Source: a virus. From it: a DNA stretch of 64,000 bases. The position numbers and the translations under genes are program-made. The stretch is taken from IMG/VR virus record IMGVR_UViG_3300045912_000220; one strand, 5' to 3'. Every line of letters starts with the position of its first letter. The first letter of the stretch is position 1. A model generated the notes under the pieces. The model searched no databases, had not been told where the DNA came from, and saw only the letters and a program-made list of their open reading frames with translations. Positions 56,870-64,000 of this stretch are shown piece after piece.

Positions 56870-58709
56870 AGCCGAAACGGCCCGCTACCAGTCAGAGCTA
56901 GAAAAGGCCCGCAAGGGCCTCGGCAGTTTCCAGCGGGGCGTCGACGGCCAGCTGCGCAAGGTGCAGCAGGCGTTCGCCGCCACGGCCGCGGCCGCCGTCG
57001 CCGGCTTCGGGGCGCTGGTCAAAGGCGCGGTGGATGCTGCCGACCAAACGGGCAAGCTGGCTCAGAAGGTCGGCGTCAGCACCGAGAGTCTTTCCCAGCT
57101 GGGGTTCGCCGCCGGTCAGTCCGGCACCGACATCAAGGGCCTCGAGAACGGCCTGAAGGCGCTGAGCCGGGTTGCCGTCGAATCGAGTACCGGCAGCAAG
57201 CAAGCGGCCGAGGCGTTCGCGGCGCTCGGCATCAGTGCGACCGATGCGAACGGGCAGGTGCGCGGCACCGAGGAGCTGCTGCTCGACATCGCCGACAAGT
57301 TCAGCCAGTTCGAGGATAGCGCCAGCAAAGCGGCGCTGGCTCAGCGGCTATTCGGTCGCGCCGGCCTCGAGCTGATCCCGCTACTGAACAACGGTCGCGA
57401 CGGCATCGAGGCCCTGAAAAAGCAGGCCGATGCGCTCGGCCTGACCATCACCGACAAAACGGCCAAAGCAGCCGCGCTGTTCAACGACTCGCTGGACGTG
57501 CTGCGCTCCCGGGTTGTGGGCCTCGCCCGGCAGACGGCGGCCGACCTGCTCCCGGCGCTTGCCGAGGCGGTCGACGGGTTCGCAAAGTCGGCGACCGGCG
57601 CCGCCGAGTTCGACCTAGCGGGCAAGGTACTGGCGAACGGCCTGCGGCTGCTGGTGACGGTCGGGTTCGCGACGTTCCGCACGTTCGCCGACATCGGCCG
57701 ATCGCTGGGCGCGCTGGCGGCGTCGGCCGTAGCGTTCGCGCGTGGTGAATGGACCGAGGCGCGCGACATCATCGTGCAGGCGGTCGAGGATCAGAAGAAG
57801 GCCACCGCTGACGCGAACATGTTCCTCGACAAGCTCTGGGCCGACACCGGCGCCCGGATCGTCGAGACTGCAAAGGCCAACGACGCCGAGCTGAAAAAGA
57901 CACTGATTTTCGGCGGTGGCGCCGGTGCGGGCGGCGGGCTTCAGGAAATCAGCGTCGGCGCCAAGAAGATAGAGCTGGGGCCGATCGAGCAGTTCTATCG
58001 TGAGCTGGATGAGCTGACCAAAACAAGCAGCGAAAAGCAGCTCGACCGGTTCAATGAGGTCAAGGCGGCACTGGATCAGCTGTACCGCGACGGGATCATC
58101 GGCGCCGAGATTTACAACGCCCGGCTGGGCGAGGCCGTCGACCGGCTGCTTCCGGAAATGGAGGTGAAGGTCAAGAAGCTCACGGACGAAACGAAGAAGT
58201 CGACCGATGAGCTAACCGAGTACGTCCGGCAGGCGCAGCGGAACACGGTCGACATTATCGCCGACGGGCTGCGCGAGGGCTTCGACGGCGGCGTGCGGGG
58301 GATTCTGCGCAGTGTAGCCGACATGCTGGTGGACATCACGGCGCAGATAGTGGCCGCCGATCTAGGGCGGCGCCTGTTCGGCGATATGAGCGCCGGGTCC
58401 AGCGGCGGCGGGATCGGTGGCTGGATCGGCAAGGCGCTGGGCGGGCTCGGCGGGCTGTTCGGTGGCTCGCGTGATAGCGGCGGCCGCGGCATGCCGGGTA
58501 TGTCCTACCTGATCGGCACTGGCGCGCAGCCGGAACTGTTCGTGCCAGACTCCGCGGGAACGTTCGTGCCTGCCGGTGCCGGCGGCATGACGGTGAACAA
58601 CTACTTCACGGTGCAGGCCCCGCAGGGCGCCATCACGCGGCAGACGGAAAGCCAGATAGCCGCCGCCGCCGCGCGAGGCATCGGCACCGCCGCCCGGCGG
58701 AACAACTGA
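56835..58709 (+). CDS. Tape measure protein (copy 2)
   Basis: Copy of 18189-20063. Confidence 0.93.
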   Translation: MTDLAKLVVRLEAETARYQSELEKARKGLGSFQRGVDGQLRKVQQAFAATAAAAVAGFGALVKGAVDAADQTGKLAQKVGVSTESLSQLGFAAGQSGTDIKGLENGLKALSRVAVESSTGSKQAAEAFAALGISATDANGQVRGTEELLLDIADKFSQFEDSASKAALAQRLFGRAGLELIPLLNNGRDGIEALKKQADALGLTITDKTAKAAALFNDSLDVLRSRVVGLARQTAADLLPALAEAVDGFAKSATGAAEFDLAGKVLANGLRLLVTVGFATFRTFADIGRSLGALAASAVAFARGEWTEARDIIVQAVEDQKKATADANMFLDKLWADTGARIVETAKANDAELKKTLIFGGGAGAGGGLQEISVGAKKIELGPIEQFYRELDELTKTSSEKQLDRFNEVKAALDQLYRDGIIGAEIYNARLGEAVDRLLPEMEVKVKKLTDETKKSTDELTEYVRQAQRNTVDIIADGLREGFDGGVRGILRSVADMLVDITAQIVAADLGRRLFGDMSAGSSGGGIGGWIGKALGGLGGLFGGSRDSGGRGMPGMSYLIGTGAQPELFVPDSAGTFVPAGAGGMTVNNYFTVQAPQGAITRQTESQIAAAAARGIGTAARRNN

Positions 58710-58710
58710 C

Positions 58711-59361
58711 ATGCTTCAACCCGACACGCTCGAAATTTTCCCGACGTGCCCGACCTACGGGTTCACCAGCGAGCCGCGGTATCTGGTCAAGATTGTGGCG
58801 CGCGAGGGCGGCTTCGAGCGGCGAACCCGGAAATGGTCCCGGCCGCTGCACCGTTACGTGGCGGTTCCGCTGGGCGACCGTTCCGCGGCGGACGTGCAGG
58901 AGGTGCTGTACTTCTGGCACGCGGTCGGCGGAATGTTCACGACGTTCCGGTTCCGCGACTGGGCCGACTACAAGAGCTGCGCTGTACAGGATGAGCCGTC
59001 GCCGACGGATCAGCCGTTTACGTTCATTCCCGGCAGCCCCGGCGGCTACCAGCTGGTCAAGCGGTACACCGCCGGCAGCCTCGAGCAGCTGCGGGAAATC
59101 GTGAAGCCCGAGGGTGCCACGATCCGGGTGGCGAATGAGTTCGGGGTGGAGCAGCCGAGCAACCGCTGGATACTCGACGAAGCGACCGGACTGCTGCAGC
59201 CGATTGCCGGATTCGAGGGCACGCCGGCCAGCTGGGGCGGTCAGTTCTACGTGCCGGTGCGGTTCGATTCCGAGCTGCCCGTCGAAATCACGAACAAGCA
59301 GATACAGGCGGCAACGTTCGCGCTGGCCGAGGTCCGCGTCGAGCTGCCGTACGACCAATGA
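58711..59361 (+). CDS. DUF2460 distal tail protein (copy 2)
   Basis: Copy of 20065-20715. Confidence 0.88.
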   Translation: MLQPDTLEIFPTCPTYGFTSEPRYLVKIVAREGGFERRTRKWSRPLHRYVAVPLGDRSAADVQEVLYFWHAVGGMFTTFRFRDWADYKSCAVQDEPSPTDQPFTFIPGSPGGYQLVKRYTAGSLEQLREIVKPEGATIRVANEFGVEQPSNRWILDEATGLLQPIAGFEGTPASWGGQFYVPVRFDSELPVEITNKQIQAATFALAEVRVELPYDQ

Positions 59362-60269
59362 GGGACATAGCGCCAGAGCTGGCCGCGACGATTGCCAGCG
59401 ACACGCCCACGCTGTCCGTCTGCTGGCTGATCGAGAAGGGAAACGGCGAAAAAATCCGCGGCACTGACCACGACAGGGACATTCTGGTGGCGGTCGAGGG
59501 ATCGCCGACGTACGGCCTCGCTGGCCTCTACCGGGCGCGGGCCAATATCACCGGCAGCGCCACGCAGCATTCGGCCGACCTGTCCCCGGACAATCTGGAA
59601 GTCGAAGGGGCCACCGATGACGCCGTGACCGGCGAGTTCGACGTATCGGTGGCGGAAATTGAGGCGGGGGTGCTCGACCGGGCGCCGGTCACGGTGTTCG
59701 TCGTCGACTGGCGGAACCCAGACGCGGGCCAGCTGGTCATCAAGCGCGGCTGGCTCGGCGAAATCCTGCGCGACTCGGATAACCGCTACCGCACCGAGGT
59801 CCGCGGCCTGACCCAAGCGCTCAGCCAGAACATCGGCCAGACGTACGCCGAGCGCTGCAACGTCGTCGAGCTGGGCGACACGCGCTGCCGGTTCGACGTT
59901 GCAGCCGTGACGCGCACCGGGCAGGTGGGTTCAGTCACCAGTCGCCGGCAGTTCGTGCTGGCGGTCACTCCCAGCGGTGAGCCGCCCGTGCCGACGTATT
60001 GGAACGGCGGCAAGGTCCGCGGCATCACCGGGGCTAATCAGGGGTTCACGCGCGAGGTAAAGCGCGCCGTGTACTCGCTGGGCGGGGTCACCGTTGAGCT
60101 ATGGGAAGAACTGCCGGACGACGTGGCGGTGCTCGACGTGTTCGAGCTGGTCCCCGGCTGCGATCGGCTGCTTGGCACGTGCCGGGACGTGTTCAACAAC
60201 GTGGCTAACTTCCGCGGCTTCGGGGTGTTCGCGCCCGGGCGAGCTGCGCTTATCAAGGGACCGACGTGA
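59358..60269 (+). CDS. DUF2163 baseplate hub (copy 2)
   Basis: Copy of 20712-21623. Confidence 0.9.
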   Translation: MRDIAPELAATIASDTPTLSVCWLIEKGNGEKIRGTDHDRDILVAVEGSPTYGLAGLYRARANITGSATQHSADLSPDNLEVEGATDDAVTGEFDVSVAEIEAGVLDRAPVTVFVVDWRNPDAGQLVIKRGWLGEILRDSDNRYRTEVRGLTQALSQNIGQTYAERCNVVELGDTRCRFDVAAVTRTGQVGSVTSRRQFVLAVTPSGEPPVPTYWNGGKVRGITGANQGFTREVKRAVYSLGGVTVELWEELPDDVAVLDVFELVPGCDRLLGTCRDVFNNVANFRGFGVFAPGRAALIKGPT

Positions 60270-60691
60270 TAACCGGCGCGCAGATTGCGGCCGCCGCGCA
60301 ATCATGGGTTGGCGTCCCGTTTCTGCATCAGGGCCGCAACCGGCAGGGGGTCGACTGCGCGGGCCTGATAGTGGCCGTGCTGCGCGAGGTCGGCTGGTTC
60401 CACCCCGACTTCCGCGACTACCCGCGCTACGGCCGAGCGCCGCAGGTTGCGCTGCGCGAGGCCGTCGAGCGCATCGGCCAGCCGACCGCCACGCCGGCGC
60501 CGGGCGTCGTGTGCCTGATCCGCTGGCCACGCGAGCGGATGGCATCGCACATCGGCTGGCTGACCGGCGGCACGCTGGTGCACGCGAACGGGCAGGCGCG
60601 GCGGGTGGTCGAGCACGGGTACCGCGGGAACTGGGTCCGGGATACCGTCGCGCTGTACCGGCTGACCGGGGTGGACTACGGCGATGAGTAA
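60266..60691 (+). CDS. NlpC/P60 peptidase (copy 2)
   Basis: Copy of 21620-22045. Confidence 0.92.
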   Translation: MITGAQIAAAAQSWVGVPFLHQGRNRQGVDCAGLIVAVLREVGWFHPDFRDYPRYGRAPQVALREAVERIGQPTATPAPGVVCLIRWPRERMASHIGWLTGGTLVHANGQARRVVEHGYRGNWVRDTVALYRLTGVDYGDE

Positions 60692-63600
60692 CGTCGGGCA
60701 GGGCGTGTTCGCTGCGGTCGGCGGCGTCGTCGGATTCATCATCGGCGGCCCGACGGGCGCGGCCTACGGGTTCCAGATAGGGCTGCTGGCCGGCTCGGCG
60801 CTGTTCCCGACCCAGCTGCCCGGGGTGCAGGGGCCGCGGCTGCAGGACCTTGATACCGCCCAGCAGGACCCGGGCGCACCGGTCCCGATCGTCTACGGCA
60901 CGTGCGCGATTACCGGAACCGTGATGTGGCTGGGCGAGGTCATCGAATCGAGCCAGACGGACACCGTGGGCGGCAAGGGCGCGCCCGAGCAGGACGTAAC
61001 CACCTACACGTACAGCCAAAGCGTTGCCATCGGCCTCTGCGAAGGCCCGCTGGGCGGCGTGCTGCGCATCTGGGAGAACGGCCGGCTGGTGTATGACGCG
61101 CGGCCCCAGCTGGCCGGCGAAACGGACGCCGACTTCGTGGCCCGCGGCGAGGCGGCCTCGGCCTATCTGGAAAACCTGACCATCTACCTTGGCACCGAGG
61201 ATCAGGAACCCGACCCGACCATCGAGGCGGACAAGGGCGTCGGGAACGTGCCGGCGTTCCGCGGGCTGGCGTACATGGTCTACGCCAACCGGCAGCTGAC
61301 GGACGACCAAGGGCGCCGGCACCCGGTGTTCAAGGTCGAGGTCAGCAACAACCCCGCGAACGTGCCGGTGCTTATCTACGACGTGCCCGGGGCCCAGACT
61401 TGGACGAAGCCGCGGGGGCTCGCATCCGCGCGGGTGACCGTGCTCGGCGGCGGCGGCGGCGGCGGGGCTGGCGCCGGACTGGCGGCCAACGGGTTCATCG
61501 GTTCCGGCGGTGGCGGTGGCGGTGGCGGTTTCTCACGCGCCACGTTCGCCGCCGACGTGCTTCCGGAAACGGTGGCCGTCACGGTCGGCGCAGGCGGTGC
61601 TGGCGGCACCACGACGCTGGACACGACGGGCAACGGCAAGCCGGGCACGGCCGGGACTAGTGGCGGGGCGTCGTCGTTCGGTGCGTTCCTGACCGCTGGC
61701 GGCGGTGGCGGCGGCGGCGGTGGTATTGATTCGCAGAGCGGCACCGCCGCTGGGGGCGCCGGCGGCGTAGGCGGAACCGGCACTCTGTACACCGGTGGCG
61801 CCGGCGGCGCTGGCGAGGTCGGCAACGCGGCCGGGCCGCAGAACGGCAACCCGGGACAAACGGTGGTACTCGCCGGCGGTGGTGGTGGCGGCGGCGGGGC
61901 GCTGGACCGATTCGACGTGGCCGGCAATGCCGGCCCCGGCGGCAGCGTGCAGGCGCCCGGGGCCGTCCCTCTGGTCACCGGGGGAGCGGCTGGTGCCGGC
62001 TGCGCCCGCAAGGGCGGCTGTCAGGCATCCGGCGGCGGCGCCGGCGGCAACACTGGGGACGACCCGTACAGCGGCGGCGGTGGTGGTGGCGGCGGCGGGT
62101 GCGCCGGCGGGAATTTCGTGCCCGGGTCCGGCCCAGCGATCGCTGGCCCGGGGGCTGCTGGAGGCCGCTATGGCGGCGGTGGTGGCGGCGGCGGCAGCGC
62201 TCAAGGACGGGTCTCGTCGAACATTGCCGCCGTCGCGCTGGGGGGTGCCGGCGGACCCGGTGGTAGCGGCGCCGTCATCGTCGAGCAGACGTACAGCACC
62301 AGCGGGTTGAAGCTGGCCGATGTCGTGCAGGACATCAGCCGGCGGGCGGGCCTCTGGGATGTTGACGTGGAACAGCTGCGCGACATCCCGATCGACGGGT
62401 ACGTGATCGGCCGGCCAATGCCTGCGCGCGCTGCGCTTGAGCCGCTGCGCAGTTTCGGCTGGTTCGACGGGGTGGAAAGCGGTTTCCTGCTCCGCTACGT
62501 GAAGCGCGGCGGAGTCGCCGTGGCCGAGCTTGGCGTGCAGGACTTAGGGGCGTCGGCCGGCGCGGACCGGCCACCGCCCGCCATTACCACACGCAAGATT
62601 CAGGACGTAGAGCTGCCCCGGCAGGTTCGGGTGCAGTACATCGACGTCGACCGCGATTATGAACCCGGCGAACAGCTCAGCCCGACCCGCATCACGACCG
62701 AGGCCACGAACGACGTAGACGTCGCGGTACCGGTGGTAATGAACGGGACCAAGGCGGCCCAGATTGCCGAAATCCTCTGGTCAGACGCGTGGCGCTCGCG
62801 CTGGGTTCACCAGACGGCGGTCGACGGTTCGTGGCTGCGGCTCGAGCCAACCGACCCGATTCTGGTGCCAGTCGACGGGCGCGTGCAGCGTATGCGCATA
62901 GTTTCTGTGACCGATGAAGGCCCGGAACTGCGGCGGCTCGAGCTGGTGCGCGACGACGACGGCAGCTACATCAGCTACGCGGTCGCCGAGGCGCCCGACC
63001 GCCGGCCGAACGTCGTCACGCTGGTCCGCGATTCGGCGGTGCTGCTGTTGGACCTGCCGGCGCTGCGCGACGAGGACGACGACCCCGGCTTCTACGCGGC
63101 CGCATACCCGATCGGCCCGGGTACCGTGTGGCAGGGCGCTGTCCTGTTCAAGTCGATAGATGGCGGCCAATCGTTCGCGCCGTCCGGCACGCTGACGCAA
63201 GCGACGGTCGTCGGCACGCTCGCCGCCGGCCTGCCCGACGGGATCAGCTCGACGTTCGACGAAGCGGCAGAACTGCTGGTGGACCTTGAGTATGGGACGC
63301 TGGAAAGCCGGACCGAGGCGGCGATACTCGCCGGGGCGAACGCCGCGGCAATCGGCGCGGACGGGCGCTGGCAGATCGTGCAGTTCCGGGACGCCGAACA
63401 GCTCGCCGGCGGGCGCTGGCGCTTGACCGGCATACTGCGCGGCCGGAAAGGTACCGAGTACCTGACCGGCGGCTCGCGCGCTGGCGATCGGTTCGTGATG
63501 GTCAGCACCGGCACCCTGATCCGGGTGGCGTTGCAGCTGTCCGAGGTTGGCGCGCTGCGCGTCTGGCGGTCGGTTTCTGTCGGCCGGCCCTACTCGACCG

Positions 63601-64000
63601 GGACAAATCAGGAATTCACCGGCCGGGCCCGGGCGCTGCTGCCGTGGTCGCCGGTCGACATCGGCATCGAGGCCAGCGGCGGGGACCGGATCATCACGTG
63701 GAGCCGGCGCGACCGCTTCGGGCAGGAATTGCAGAGCGGCGTCGAAGTTCCGATGAGCGAGGACACCGAAGCCTACGAGGTCGACGTATTCGACCGGGCG
63801 GACACCGGCGCACCGCTGCTCACGCTGTCGACCAATGGGCCGCTGGCTACGCTGACCGAGGCCCAGCGGTACGCCATTTTCGGCAGCCCGTCGGACGGCG
63901 AGATTGCCGTGGCCGTGCATCAGATGTCGGCACGGGTTGGTCGCGGGGTACCCGGCTACTTCCCGGCGGAGCTGTTCGCGTCGGTCACGGATGAAACGGT
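60684..64000 (+). CDS. Tail tip protein (copy 2), 3'-truncated by window edge
   Basis: Copy of 22038-25354; open to the window end. Confidence 0.9.
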   Translation, partial: MSNVGQGVFAAVGGVVGFIIGGPTGAAYGFQIGLLAGSALFPTQLPGVQGPRLQDLDTAQQDPGAPVPIVYGTCAITGTVMWLGEVIESSQTDTVGGKGAPEQDVTTYTYSQSVAIGLCEGPLGGVLRIWENGRLVYDARPQLAGETDADFVARGEAASAYLENLTIYLGTEDQEPDPTIEADKGVGNVPAFRGLAYMVYANRQLTDDQGRRHPVFKVEVSNNPANVPVLIYDVPGAQTWTKPRGLASARVTVLGGGGGGGAGAGLAANGFIGSGGGGGGGGFSRATFAADVLPETVAVTVGAGGAGGTTTLDTTGNGKPGTAGTSGGASSFGAFLTAGGGGGGGGGIDSQSGTAAGGAGGVGGTGTLYTGGAGGAGEVGNAAGPQNGNPGQTVVLAGGGGGGGGALDRFDVAGNAGPGGSVQAPGAVPLVTGGAAGAGCARKGGCQASGGGAGGNTGDDPYSGGGGGGGGGCAGGNFVPGSGPAIAGPGAAGGRYGGGGGGGGSAQGRVSSNIAAVALGGAGGPGGSGAVIVEQTYSTSGLKLADVVQDISRRAGLWDVDVEQLRDIPIDGYVIGRPMPARAALEPLRSFGWFDGVESGFLLRYVKRGGVAVAELGVQDLGASAGADRPPPAITTRKIQDVELPRQVRVQYIDVDRDYEPGEQLSPTRITTEATNDVDVAVPVVMNGTKAAQIAEILWSDAWRSRWVHQTAVDGSWLRLEPTDPILVPVDGRVQRMRIVSVTDEGPELRRLELVRDDDGSYISYAVAEAPDRRPNVVTLVRDSAVLLLDLPALRDEDDDPGFYAAAYPIGPGTVWQGAVLFKSIDGGQSFAPSGTLTQATVVGTLAAGLPDGISSTFDEAAELLVDLEYGTLESRTEAAILAGANAAAIGADGRWQIVQFRDAEQLAGGRWRLTGILRGRKGTEYLTGGSRAGDRFVMVSTGTLIRVALQLSEVGALRVWRSVSVGRPYSTGTNQEFTGRARALLPWSPVDIGIEASGGDRIITWSRRDRFGQELQSGVEVPMSEDTEAYEVDVFDRADTGAPLLTLSTNGPLATLTEAQRYAIFGSPSDGEIAVAVHQMSARVGRGVPGYFPAELFASVTDET

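Larger units (their letters stand above)
38647..64000 (+). repeat. Direct head-to-tail copy of positions 1-25354
   Basis: All ORFs recur with identical translations at +38,646; the window ends in ...gatgaaacggt, matching 25344-25354. Confidence 0.97.

Overview
The window holds a GC-rich tailed-phage (HK97-like siphovirus) genome of 38,646 bp followed directly by a second copy of its first 25,354 bp. Every ORF in 38647-64000 recurs at an offset of +38,646, so this is a concatemer or a wrapped circular contig. Gene order is HNH, candidate cos, ParB-like/DNA methylase, TerS, TerL, portal, protease, major capsid, then a ~7.4 kb translationally coupled block of ten glycan-type enzymes. That block contains a Maf/MptE-like protein, three KpsS/KpsC-like GT-B proteins, two methyltransferases, an FAD oxidoreductase, an SDR and two GT-A glycosyltransferases. 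It is followed by the neck, a tail with a -1 frameshift chaperone, an RcGTA-type baseplate and a DUF2793 fibre. The other arm carries many small genes behind repeated promoter cassettes, an XRE-HTH regulator, an inverted lysis cassette (GH108 endolysin plus holin-lipoprotein fusion), a second methylase and RusA. The main candidate novel system is virion glycosylation: the enzyme block sits inside the head-tail operon, and a Gly-Ser-Pro motif recurs in eight outward-facing virion proteins as a possible acceptor sequon. I also found no recognisable integrase or replication gene, a near-perfect chromosomal parS site, CRP-like sites at class I/II spacing at seven promoters, and a TTGC-N7-GCAA operator. 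All family assignments come from motif recognition by eye, not database searches. The host is probably a GC-rich Gram-negative proteobacterium (inference).
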